Part shown: piece after piece, positions 34,642-47,467 of the stretch
Position numbering within the stretch: the first letter of the stretch is position 1
Layout of the letters: each line of letters begins with the position of its first letter
Source of the DNA: Nemertoderma westbladi
Lineage: Eukaryota; Animalia; Xenacoelomorpha
Assembly (NCBI GenBank): GCA_032718475.1
Contig: JAUCBJ010007522.1
Span: 1-64,000 of the forward strand
Length of the DNA: 64,000 bases
Direction: 5' to 3'
Notes under the pieces: model-generated
Told to the model about the DNA's origin: nothing
Database searches by the model: none
What the model saw: the letters and a program-made list of their open reading frames with translations, nothing else
Translations under genes and position numbers: made by a program

Positions 34642-36043
34642 ACGTGATTAAGATGCGATAATCCCACGGGATTTCTTTAGACTGTCAGACTGTATGATTG
34701 CATGCGCCGTTACGGTAGCTACTCATCAGATTAGCGCCATCCAACGGTAAGTAGCGGTTTTGTATTTAGCAATTCTGCAGTAGTAATAGCGCGCTCCTGA
34801 TCACCCCTGTTTAACAGTAAGGCACGTTTTGTGTGTCTTTAACAGTTAGTCAAGGGGTCGCTAGTTTAACAGTAGAACACGTGATATTTGCTGTTGCTTG
34901 CAACAGTAAAGAGTGTGTTAGATTATGGTATAAATTACTGTACTGCGTACAGTAGAACACGTGATATTTGCTGTTGCTTGCCACAGTAAAGAGTGTATTC
35001 ATTTAGGCTGTTAGGTTAGATTACGGTATTCATTAGTCGCAATACAGTAGTACAGTAGTGCATTAGGCTGATTTGCTGTTACTGCGTACAGTAGAAAGGA
35101 TATTTGTTTTGCTGTACCACATACAGTATTGATTAGGCTGTTAGGTTGGTGTACTGTTTTATTCACTGTACTGCATGCATACAGTGGATGTACGGTAGTG
35201 CATTTACTAATCGCAAATACAGCAGTTTTTTAGGCCGTTAGGGCAAACTGTAATTAGTAAGTTTTTTGAAAATTTTAGCTAGGTTTGTGAGAATTCAGTT
35301 TCGGTCAAAATTATTTTTATAATAAAATCTAGAGTTTTGTACTGGTATGTTGAATAACCGCTTAGTTGTTTTATACCATCTGGAGATACATGGCGAGACG
35401 GAGCTTCTGAGTTTGGGGTTTGCGTGGGCCTGCGGGTTCGGTTTGCAATCAGCGAAGAGCCTGAGACTTTGGATGCAGAAGTGGAATCCCACAGCAAACA
35501 AGGTTAGTTGTTCTGTTGGCACCATTGTATTTGTGGAAGCAGTAAAAGATTACCAGTTGTTTAACTGCGAAGCTGAACTCAATTTATTAGTTAGGATAGT
35601 TAGGTTTAGCCGGCCATGGTTTTGAATCGCTCAAGTTAGAGAGAGAGAGAGAGAGTGTCGCAACCCGAAGGTGTAGCCACGCACTAGTGGATACATATAA
35701 TATTTGAAATTAAAATTACGTCGATTAGAGCTATATAAAATTAGAAATATTTGGGTGGCAAATTCATTTTGAATATTTTGAATTAGATTCAGAAATTATT
35801 TTGTGTCATACCGGTATTTAAATGCTATATAATAGCTATAGAATAATATTTTCGTTTAAATATTATACCGGTATTTACTATAACTATATCCTATTAAATT
35901 CCCAATATTATATTGCGAATTTATTTGACATTTTGAGACCAACTAATCATTTGACAAATAATTTAATCGTATTTTCGATTAAATTATATATATCTCGAAT
36001 TTTTTGCGAGATTTTAGCCGGAAGGCAAAATATTACTTAGACT

Positions 36044-38260
36044 ATGAGTGTCTCAGAGAAGGAGGCACTAGAGGACAGCTATGAGACGGCGGCTGGACCG
36101 CTGACTGACGATAGCGTCAATATAACTGTTGACGACAATGCCGACTATGACAACGCAGCGAGTGACGCTGAAGTAAGTGAACAGGAGGACGAGACAGTAA
36201 CCAGTGAGGAAGAACAAGGTGAGTTAATAGTATTAGGATCCCCTACCGCTACTGTAAGGAAGGATTGCACAGCAGCCCGACCAGAGGTGAGTGATAGGGA
36301 GGATAGTGTAGCAGAAGCGAGAGCCCGGAGCCCGGTTTCCAGACCTGTGGGTATTGTAAGTGCTGTGGTCCCAGCGGCTGTAAGGAGTACCCGTAGTTCC
36401 CGAAATAATCCTTCAAGTCCACCGAGTGTGAGTCAGGTAAGCGAGAAAGAACTAGACATCGCGATAAAGAAGAAACTTCGTGCGCATGCCGGACATATAA
36501 CCCGGACAACGGACAAGGCAAGAAAGATGCTAGCTGACTCTGGTAACATCGGAAGGGAAGGGTTAGTAGAGATTAGGAAGGGATACAACTCAGCATTATT
36601 CAAGCAGACGGAGGAGCTAGGCAGTCCTGGCGAAGAGAGCAGTGGAGTCTCAGTCGAGCGACGTGGCGACGAGGGTTTATGACAGGGCTTTAGCAGCCTT
36701 GTTAGAGCACCGCACGTTATTGGAGCGATTTCGACGAGTTAGGACGGAGAACTGGTTGCTATGGGCATCACAAGCGCAGGCGACTCAGGTGAGTGACGCG
36801 GAGTCGAGAAACTTAGTGGAGCGGGAAGAGACCCAAGACAAGGAAGAGCGACGTTATCAGAAGGAAGTTACCAGCTGGCTGATGCAGAGTGGAGTGGTGG
36901 TACCTGGTCAGGTGCTACCAACGACGGACAATATCCAACAGAGGACGTTAACTCCACCCGACGACGCATCTAGAGACAGTGGTGATTCTCAGGTTAGTCA
37001 CGCGCGAGGGAAAATTATATGCGCTAGATCCCTTGTTTCTCACAACTCGGTGGAAGAGAGAAGACGCCGACTGGACGAGCAACAGGCAGAAGTTTTGCTT
37101 GCATCGGAAGCATGGAAGGAAGCCGAACGGGAACGGGAGCGCACACGTAAGTTAGACACAAAGCTGCGTGAGTTGGAGGACATAAGTAAGCGTGAGCAAG
37201 CCGAACGCGAGCGCAAGGAACGCGAACTTCAAGCCGAACGGGAACAGAAGGAACGCGAACTCCAACTTGAACGGGAACAGAAGGAACGCGAACTCCAGCT
37301 TGAACGCGAGCGCAAAGAACGCGAACTCGAGATCGAGAAAGAGCGACGTGTGCTATACGAAGAGAAGGTGCGCGTGGAAGAGGAGAGCGCAGCGCGACTC
37401 GCGAGGGAGGAAGAACAACGTAAATTGGCGCAGTTGGAAAGTGCGAGACTAAACCTAGAGAGCAAAGAACAGACCAGGAAGGCGAATGAAATCGCCGAGA
37501 AGGGGATGCGAATGATCGAAGAATGTGGGGCGAGTGTAGGTACCGAGTTGCGAGAACTGTTCGCACTGCAGAAGGCGGAACAGGAAGCGAGAACTCCGAC
37601 TATACGCGAGTCGATGACGACCAGAATTCCTATACCCAGTCCAGCTATTACGAGTACACGGATCGCTAAACCGTTCTCTACATATTGCACGCCAGTTGGT
37701 ATTAGTGCTTCACCCATCGCGCAGGATCCGCGCCATCAGGACATCGCACCACTATATACCGATCGAGACGATGGGGAGTTTAGAGAAGAAACTCTGTCAG
37801 GCCGAGTATTGGGCGAACCGAACCCGCAGGTTTGGAATACGCGGATGGAGCACCGACCCAGTTCGACAGAGAACTTCCGGGTTAAACCGGAAGAGGGATC
37901 ATATGAGAGACAGCGGATTACTCAGATAGAGCCGACTATACAGCAGAACCCTAGCCAGGAATTTATTACGAGGGATGAGTTAAGTGCTAGTTTAGCGCAA
38001 GCTATATCGCCACACATCCAACCTATAACGGACATGCTTAGCAACCTGCAGTTAAAGGAAGCCGCCCAGGTAAGAAGTAATTCTAATCCTAGCAGGCCTG
38101 AGTTAGATAAAGTCCAACCTAGTCAACGAGTACGCATATTGGAGGCAACTATACCACATAGACCTCAGGTAAGAACGCCTGTCCCTACGATTCATAATCC
38201 CAACTTCGAGAATTCGGCAGAAAGGTTTATACAAGAAGCCTGGGTCAGGGCTTCGGCTTC
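36044..38260 (+). pseudogene. gag N-terminal half (frameshift near 36640, truncated by LINE)
   Basis: ORFs 36044..36682 and 36642..38276; RAHAGHITR resembles BEL Gag N-terminal helices; ERE(Q/R)KERELQ coiled-coil repeats; position directly after LTR/UTR. Confidence 0.75.
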
Positions 38261-38750
38261 AGGTCCGATTATTTAGAGCAGCAGTAGTTCCAGTACTCCT
38301 CTACGGGAGTCCATGCTGGGCTCTAACTGCTGAGGACACCAAATCTCTGGATGGCACATTCAGAAGAATGCTACGCCGGGTACATTGTGTCAAGTACAAT
38401 GCACACATCTCCAACCAGACATTATATAACATTGGAGGTGTCTCATTGGTTCCCCCAAGCTTGACACTAGAACAAAATCGCCTCCGCTTTGCAGGACATT
38501 GCTTTCGCCGTGAGGACCAGCCAGTGCATAATCTTGTACTTTGGCAGCCTCATGGAGTGAATAAGCATGGTGGACAGCCCATGACTTTCTTGAGACGCAT
38601 CTTAAAGGACACTGGCCTTAAAGATGCGGATGATCTAGCAAATGTCATGGGTGATAGGGAGTTGTGGCGGTGCAATTTTGTTGACAAGCCGGCACAGCAT
38701 TCTTAAAAATGCAGCTGCAATGCAGCATGCCGATCCTAGTAGTAGTAGTA
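38261..38750 (+). mobile_element. 5'-truncated RTE-like LINE, same family as 24338..25334
   Basis: Near-identical to 24826..25334; (TAG)n tail at 38737-38750; no TSD seen. Confidence 0.92.
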
Positions 38751-39490
38751 TTTGTCTCCTGCCTCAAACCAAAATTAGTGTTGGACGCAAACTCACTTCA
38801 TATGCATTCCTCGTATGCAAATACTAGGAAATGCATAGGAGCGGGTTTGTAGTGATTTGCGTTGAGAATTTGTCTGGTGGGTATCAAAACAAAATTTTAT
38901 TTTCAAAAATGTTTGGAAAATTAAAAAATTTTAAAAATTAGAAATGAACCCAAGACAATTCCGAACGCTGTGTATAGACGCGTTCTGGAATTCGTCTATA
39001 GATATACAGTAATTTGAAAAGTCGTGAAGCCTGGAAAATAGTATTTAGAAACCATGGTGACGGCTATATTACGTAGGAGTGTAAATTGAGTTTAGCAACT
39101 TCCACAGATTGGAACCAACAGTACAACAACCAAGGTGCTAAAGGTTAGTAGCACCAGAGGCTTACACAGACCCCACTCAGTAGTTTGCATTGGAGTGAGG
39201 TGTTCGATTATCAAACCTGTGGGTTTGGTATAGTCGAGCATCATAACTATTGTCTTTCTAACTACTGTAGTCTAGTACAAGTAATGGGAGTAGTTTGGGC
39301 ATAAAAAAGTGAGTTGGTCTCCAAAGTTTTGCGCTATGAATGGGAATAGGTTAGAGGATAGTTAGGAATGAGACGGGATCTAGAGAGTCGAACCTGAACT
39401 GCTGGAAGGCGGCGGGGGGTTTGGGAGGTCTGTCCTTCGGCATCATCTAACTGATTTACCCACAGTGTAATTAGTTACGTAACGGACCTA

Positions 39491-42400
39491 TTGGGATATA
39501 TGTATATACGCGGCAATAATGGAGAAGGAATTCGAGCGCAACCGAGGAGAGGATTTACTGCCAGAGAGGAGGCGGAGCTACCATTTGCCCGACCCGGTTG
39601 TAAAGACTCAAACGTCTACTACCATGGGAGGTCGGTGATGGAATTGAATGGGAAGTACAAGCCCACGTATGATAAAGAATTTAGGAGGGAACGAATGAGA
39701 GCGTTGGGAGACCGCATGGAGGTTCTACGAAATGAGTATTGCACTCGTTATCCCTACGATTTTGCTCTTGATGTGTGTGACATTAGCGCCGACCCTGACA
39801 AGGAAATCGCCCGTCTATATCATATGAACATGTATTTACGGCATGATGAACCGGTTTTACGGTTTTAAGGAAGGAGTATCGCACTCGTTATCCCTACGAC
39901 TTCGCTTTAGATGTATGCGACATTAGCGCAGACCCGGACAAGGAAATCGCATGGCTGTACCATATGAACATGTATTTACGATATGATGAACCTCTACCTG
40001 CAGTCCGAGATCAGTTCGACGGAATGCATCTGTACAGTAGGACTCGAGGCGAGGATCAAGAGACGCCAAAGGTCTTCAGCGTATATAAGTTGTTCTACAA
40101 ATGTGGTGAATGCATGAATAAGCAAGACGTGGCGATTCCCGATCGACTGAACGGGCAGCATCCTGAACCGATATTAACGCGATGTCAAGCTCACCAGATC
40201 CTTAGATATAACGAGGGAGGTTACCCGATGAGCAACCCGATGATCAGTATCGACTTCAGCGGAAAGCGACCTCCGAGACCCATTACGCCGATCGTTACGA
40301 CTTTAGATCCGTATACGGAGATTAAAACCTGTTCGACACCCAGTTTGATAGAGACGGCAGTGGCTATTTCGCTACACCGAACCTATAAGGACCTAGAGGT
40401 GCGGCACGAAGCGGCACGGGACTCGGGTACCAAACACGCGGGTTTGGAGCTCTCGAGTCCCTGGACCACATTTACTTCACCTCACCGAGCGAGAAATCTT
40501 ACGCCTGAGCATCAGGACGATATAGATGCGTTGCGGCAGGAGGAGCGAGCGGCGAAGGCGAAACAATTATTCGAAGAGCGGGTAGCGGAGTATAATAAGA
40601 CCGCGGATAGACATCAGGAGGAGATGAGGAGAGTGACTAGATTTGTTCCACAGGCTGTGTATTATTCCGATGGGAACGAACCTGCGATATTGGTAGATCA
40701 CCCGGAGTTGCGAGAAGCCATTCGATTCTTGCCAATGGTGAGGTCGTCAGACCATTGGAACGTTGACTGCCTACGGGAAGTTTTATGCGCGAAGTTCTTG
40801 CGTGACGTCCCGATGCAGATAACCGATTACGACACGCTAGACAAGATTGGAGCTCCGGGGAAAGAGAGCAAGCTATTTGGATGGTTGGATAACTACATAA
40901 AGGTTTGGGTCGAGGTGGCTACATTCCCAGACGACGAGGAGGTAGACCAGACGTGGCTGAGGAGAAAGGGTTCCTACACCCGATGTGATGACCACAAGGC
41001 TATTGAGCGCATGTGGACCCCATCCGACGAGATCCAGCGTCAGTGGAGAAAGACGGAGGAATCACTACAGGAGCGGAGAGTGATGTTCTACGACAACGAG
41101 GGAGGGTCTCATCAAGAGTGCTTAACTAGTAAATGCATTCAAATTCGTGCGGCCGATGGTGTGACTCATGTATTTATGTGCGTGAGGGTGGACCGAGAGA
41201 GACCGGAGCCCATAATAACGAGGCAATATCAGAAGGGGAAGGATCCCAGGGAACAGATTTTGGAGGTATGCAGGCGAGGAGGTATGCACGGAGTGGAGCG
41301 TATAGACGCCAGAATGCTACCCAAGAAAGTTAGAGAGGCGATTCTCAACCAAGATTACATCAAGGTGGGATCGGGAGTCCAGAGTGATTTGGAGAGTGAC
41401 TTCAACGCCATGACTGATTTGGAGGACAGATTGCCGAGACCGTTTGTCGACACCAAGCTATTGTTGCTATGGGCACATGATATTGGAATTTATAGGGAGT
41501 ATCCCAATTCTGCCAAGACTGGTATGGGTTTTATAGCGCATTTGTTATATAATTGGGACTTCAAGTTAAAGACGCAAAAGAAATACGAGGAGGCGTATGG
41601 TGAATATAACACGACACCGGGAGCGGAGTTCAAATCCCACTTCAAGCGGCAAGCGTTAGTGTATTGGAACATCTGCGCGCCACCCCGTGCGTCGCTGCAA
41701 TATTATTTGGTGCTTGAGTCGAACACGGTAACTTGTTTATTAGCGGATATCGTTGCGTGAGTTTTGAAGCGTCATCCATTGGTGTTCGGAGGAGATCTAT
41801 ACGTTCGCTCAAAAGGGGGAATCCAATCCGACGTGATGAAGCGTTTCTTAACCCCGTTCTTCAACCAATCGTTAGAGAATACATCTATGGTTAGGAGAGG
41901 ATTAGTGATATTCGAAGGAGTATATCGACAGAACATCGGAGATTTGGGAGACCGACCGTCGATGGAGTATCTGACGCCAGAGGCCTTGGAGAAGTGGTTC
42001 GGGAATCAAACCCGCGGGTTTGGTACTCCCGTCCACTTGGAGGCGGATAGACCCGTTAGAGAGGGTTGGCCGGAGACATTAGTGGAGGTATTCGGAGTGG
42101 ATTTTCCGGTGGAGAAGACATATCCGAAACGAACGCGGAGGAAATATTGGAGATAGAGGACAAAGGCGAAGATGTTTACTTTGTTCCAGACCGACAACCT
42201 CTGACCGGAGAGGACGACATCGTATTATTCGATATTGGCAAGGAAGGGAGTGTGAAGCCGATTTGAGACCTCATATATGAGAGGGCCTGGTTTCCACAAG
42301 TGCGTAGATGCAAGCTGTGCCGCAGCATGAGACACAATCAAAACGTGCGATGCGGTAGTAGAGGGGGCGCATAAGGTCTATCGTTGGTGTACGATACAGA

Positions 42401-43400
42401 TCACTCGTTTCATACGTGCACTGTCTTCATTTCTCAATGCGGATATTGTGGGGTAAAGGGACATCGTAGTGCGAGATGCCGACTGCGAGATGATTCCTTC
42501 CAAAACCATAACGCCAACCTACTCCGAGAGATGCTAGATAAGTGGGAGGGTGTGGCTGATTACCACATTCAAGCACAAATGCGTTGGTTGCCGTTCAAGG
42601 CAGGATACGGATTTTGGGCAGTAGATCCATCGCACGTCGCGTACGAGCCGTATCTGCAATTGCTACCGCAATATCAGGAGCTAATATTAACCGCTCAAGA
42701 TCTTCCGCAGAATACTGGAGTCATTGTTGTTCGGGAATACTTTCAACAACTTAACATGGATAACAAATATACTTGGAACTTTGTTGCTATTTGTGACCGT
42801 ATAACTAAGGGTCTATTTTCGGAAACCAGGAAGGTGGTGCGCGCGCGAGGAGACTGGAGAATGGCGGCTATACAATACCGCAATGAGTTCCTGTTGACTC
42901 ACGTACCGGTGGGGTCATTGACCGCCGAGCGGATAAGGGAGCAATGAACCGCGGCGCCCACAGCGACGACCGCCGGAGCTCAAAGCTTGTGGCAAGAACC
43001 AGGAGGAGGGGTCCAATACAAGCGTCAAGTCAAGGACGACCAATATCATTCGATAATCGAAGCACAGCAATTGCAGTGCAAGGCGCAGGGGGCGTCCGAA
43101 AAGGCGCGTGTGCAATTGCAGAAGGAAGAGTTGGTGGAGGCGACCACGGGAACACGACAATTGGGACGAGGCCACGGGAGAAGTACCAGCCGGGAATCAG
43201 TCGGGGCCCAGGGAACATCGTCACCAGTTCCGGGGAGTGACGCCTCACGGATGCCGTTGACGGAGTCAACAGGAGGAAGACTGGTGTATCTGGGGAGGAG
43301 CGAGCCCGAAGAACCCAGGAGCGGGTCGATAATGCGATCGTATCACGGAGCGACAGACTCTAGATATATACATCATCGTCGCTCTGATGTATATTGTAGC
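39491..43400 (+). pseudogene. Large accessory ORF of the LTR element: DEDDy (WRN/EXD/Mut-7-like) 3'-5' exonuclease domain plus CCHC zinc knuckles; several stops and frameshifts
   Basis: ExoI MFYDNEG (about 41083-41103), LPKKVREAILNQDYIKVGSGVQSDL (ExoII), FVDTK, KTGMGFIAHLLY, W..PP..LQYYLVLE (ExoIII-like); in-frame TGA at 41758; then CKLCRSMRHNQNVRC and CGYCGVKGHRSARC. Confidence 0.75.
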
Positions 43401-43844
43401 ATTTTTTGTAAACATTCGACTGGACTCATATACACTAGTCGTATCCATTTGAGTTTATATTATGAGAGAGGTGAAGGAGATGATTGGGGAGACAAACCTG
43501 CGGGTTTGGCTTACTCCTTTCATCTGCCCTAGCCAAGTTTTATTATCAAGCAATATTTTGTAAATTTAATTTTGTATGTAGTAATCATTATGTAGTATGA
43601 ATGAGAAAGCAGTATTTTTGTAAATTTAATTTGTATGTAATAATCGTTAACATTGAGAGAGAAAATATTTTTGTAAATTTGAAAACCCATTATGCAATAT
43701 ATCTGCAATATTTTGTAAATATTTAGAACTATTATGGTACCAAGTTAATTATATTATTTGAAAGTGAATTTATTTTGTTTTATTTACATCGCCCTATATT
43801 CTTCTACAATTGGAGGGAAACATTGCTTGTTTCCCTTGGAGCGG

Positions 43845-45899
43845 TGTTACGATATATGGCGCTGTGTACCTATATTAGCCGTCATACAGTATAAATATTT
43901 AGATAAGCCATAAAGACGCGCAATCATATTTAGATAAGGAAATAAAACGCCCACATATTTTTTGAATTTATCCATTTTATACAGTATGTAGTCCTACCTA
44001 GGTAATTTTGTAGTAAAATATAAGTAAATAGTTCCACGGTAGCAAGTTTTCTATGAAACCCTTGATATAAGCTTGCTGTTATTAGCCTCAATAGGACTAA
44101 CTGCGTATTGGTTTTAATTTTCTTTATATTTGCGCTAAATTAGAATTTATGTACCGTATTATTAGTACCGCTAAATTAAGCAACACCGAAATTACCATAT
44201 ATGGTGATGATTTGTGATTCCAAGGAGGAATAGGTTCACAATCTGGCTTCCTTATTGGCCTAGCTGTTTCCAGGTTGGTCGAATGGTAGCACGGATTGGG
44301 GAACCAATCAGAGAACTATTGCATCATCCTTCGTGAACCACCTATAAATTGGCTGTTTTCCGGTATGTGCATTGTAATTAATCTCAGTGTCCCTCAATCT
44401 CTGTTGCTGTTATAATTTACTTTTGTGATTTCTGTTTGTTTTCTTGCAATAATTCGCAAATTCGTAATTTCTGCTTATTTCTTGCTGTGTTTCTCACTTT
44501 AATCTCAATGATTACTGCTAATTACAATCGGAACTATGATTTTCTACCTTTTAATTAATGGTTCTACGTGATTAAGATGCGATAATCCCACGGGATTTCT
44601 TTAGACTGTCAGACTGTATGATTGCATGCGCCGTTACGGTAGGTACTCATTAGATGGAGAGCTAAGGTACCGGTAGGCGCGGCGGGCGTACCGGGGGGTT
44701 AGCGATGAAGGGAGTGCGGAGGATTCAAAGGCAACGCTGGCGGGGGTCGCCGTTGTGGTTGGAAGGCTAGCAGTGTGAAGGGAAGACTACTCGCTGGTAC
44801 AGTAATTAGGGGGCTGATGATCCAGATTTTGTCTCTATTTTGTAGTATTAGGGGGGCAAGAATCGGGTTAGTTAGGAAGCCCACATGTACCTGGGAGAGG
44901 CCTTCGTGTTCTACACTGCGACCTGTAGGTTGTGAGTTGCGAACTGTGAATTGTACATTAGGAACTTGGTAAGTATTAACTATTGATTGTTACACTGATT
45001 GGCGCGTTGCTAAAGTGTGCCTGATTAAATTATGAATGCTTAAATAGGCGCCCTTTTTCCCTTGATTGATTTCTATTTCTTAGTTTACGATAAATAATTA
45101 CTGATTAGGTCAAAAATAATACGGTATTTAGGCTGTTACTAGTGTGACCCGTTGCGTAATAAATTAGAATTGCGCATTCTGGAATACTTAGTAATTAGTA
45201 CGCTGTTGCATATTTGTGACTGTAATTAATTAGTAAAATTGAGAATTTGTACGCAGCATAGTGGAGAGTAGTTAAGGTAATAATTTGGAGTACTGTAAAC
45301 TATTCACGCTGGGCGGTTATTTGAGTTAGCATACAATAAACTAGATCACAGTATACAGAACGCAGTAGTAAATCGCTGGCCTAAAGCCAGCCGAAGGCAA
45401 GTTTAGACCCATAGTAGGTATCAGTCCTCGATAAGACATTCTGCCCCATTTTTGATTATTTTAAATATTCTCACATTCACACATTCCGTTAGGGAAACCT
45501 AGTATTTGCGATTAGAAAGGACGCGGTTATTTGCGCGTTTTAACAGTAAGATTAGGCGACAAGAATACACTCTGGAGTGTCAAGCCTCTCACACTCGTTT
45601 TAAGTAGCTTAGGGAGCCGATTTGGGTTTATTGTTTTGGTTATTCCCGCGTGGCTCATAAATTCGAACAGTTAGCTCTCTATCGAGCGATTGGTAGAGAA
45701 AGGAACAAGCGATTTGCAGGAGCCGTAGAAAATTAGTAAAATATTAGCGGACGGCAGGTTAGCGCCATCCAACGGTAAGTAGCAGTTATGCATTTAGCAA
45801 TTCTGCAGTAGTAATAGCGCGCTCCTGATCACCCCTGTTTAACAGTAAGGCACGTTTTGTGTGTCTTTAACAGTTAGTCAAGGGGTCGCTAGTTTAACA
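43845..45899 (+). repeat. 3' LTR (about 2.05 kb)
   Basis: Starts TGTTACGATATATGG after purine-rich TTGGAGCGG, ends GTTTAACA followed by the TSD. Confidence 0.8.
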
Positions 45900-46603
45900 C
45901 TCGTCCTGTTTTGTATTTAAATATATTTCCTAAACGTTGACTGACGATCTTTATAACTACCGATGCGTTCAATAGGCGCAGCCAGGTATGGTTTATAGGA
46001 ATATAGTCTACGCAGTACTCGTCTTCATTATATGCCTCGTTGCGCTCGTCGCTTGTCCTGTTTTTTCATAAAATATTTTTCCTAAACGCAGACTGACGAC
46101 CTTTATACAGTTATAAATATGCGAAGTTTCGAAACTGTGCGAGTAACTGCTGATACATCTATGTGGAGATGTGTGATACAACACCAACGCATCATATGCC
46201 GATGTAGTAATATGGGTATTGAAATAATATTAAATCAATGTACACTCTTAAAGCTGAAGCGAAAAATTGTAGCTAATTTCCTTGGTTACATATAAAATAA
46301 TAATATTATTTTTAAGAACATTAATTTTACTACTTTGCAAAAATTCAATTAAAAAATAACCATACAATTGGACAAATGGAATAAACTATTTCAGATATAA
46401 GCCTACCACAGCCATGCCATGGATATAGTACTTATGTCATTATATCTTCTGTCACCTGAGATAGTAAGAATATGATAATTAATGAATAATAATTATCTGA
46501 AACTGTTAAAAACTTAACACAAAACCTAAAGACTCTATGCCAACAAACAAAGGCGAAAAGAACAGATCACTCAGTCAATCTCAGACCTCCTAACGCGACC
46601 CCA

Positions 46604-47037
46604 TGAAAATACTGGTTGGTGAAAAATAGCGATTGGAAAAATAGAGAAGTTACCTGTAGACACCCCGAGCACCTGTAAAATAAAGGCTGGTGATTCTGAA
46701 AATACTGGTTGCTGAAAAATAGCGATTTGAAAAATAGTAGAAGTTACCTGACGCTAAGTGTAGACACCCGAGCACCTGTAAAATAAAGGCTCGCAATTGG
46801 TTATAATGAGTAGAGAGGAAGTTTGTTGGGTGACTAATAACGCCACTAGCGGAAAATGCGGGAACTTGAGAAGTTACCATGGTTACGGATGAGATGCTGG
46901 CATCTGATTGGTTGAAATAATAACGAGCACTGGTAACGGTTGAAATGGTGGCTTCTGATTGGATGCAGTACTAGAAATCGATGGTAATGCTGGGCTATGG
47001 GAGACCTAGGCGTAGTGTCATATCTTCTTATACTACT
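46604..47037 (-). mobile_element. Orphan Polinton terminal fragment related to the Polinton 1 TIR
   Basis: Same-orientation diverged copy of 7010..7477 ending TATACTACT at 47037; no Polinton genes to its left. Confidence 0.85.
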
Positions 47038-47467
47038 CAGAGGTTAGAAATAAATAAACATAAGTTGGAAATGGAACGCCAAGCTGAACAAAATAGGATG
47101 GAAATGTAACACCAAGCGGTACAAGATAAATTGGAGGTAGAACGCAAGGAAAAACAATTACGCTTGGAGGAAGAATATCAGGTGGAACAGGAAGAATTCC
47201 AACAGGAAGAACAACTAAGAATAGCTGAACAACAAATAAAAGAGTGGAGGCTCCAACTGCGTCATAAAGAAAGGGAACTAGACTATAGCGCTCAAATCTT
47301 ACATGACAGACAAGTTGCTGCAGAATATAGAGTTTGTATGGAGGAAGCAGAGGTGAAAAGAAATTAAAGAGAAGAACTGGAACCTACTATACTGAACATA
47401 CCTCTTCTGATAGATAATAGCAGGTTCCTAGATAGACATGAATATGAATGTTGAGTTGCCACACGTC
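47038..47467 (+). pseudogene. Decayed coiled-coil coding fragment, probably retroelement gag
   Basis: MERQAEQNRMEM*HQAVQDKLEVERKEKQLRLEEE.. is Glu/Gln/Arg-rich like the other Gag coiled coils; sandwiched between two Polinton termini. Confidence 0.45.

Larger units (their letters stand above)
31402..34871 (+). repeat. 5' LTR (interrupted by DNA transposon; lacks about 1.1 kb present in 3' LTR)
   Basis: 31402..32129 and 34644..34871 match 43845..44654 and 45759..45899; CCAATCAG and TATAAA at about 31866-31910. Confidence 0.85.
31402..45899 (+). mobile_element. BEL/Pao-type LTR retroelement (LTR-gag-[LINE]-exonuclease ORF-LTR), pol absent
   Basis: Termini TGTTA..TAACA; near-identical LTRs starting at 31402 and 43845; 5-bp TSD CTGGT (31397-31401) / CTCGT (45900-45904) with one mismatch; flanks rejoin into a repeat unit also seen at 45980-46105. 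BEL assignment rests on gag style, termini and TSD. Confidence 0.85.
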
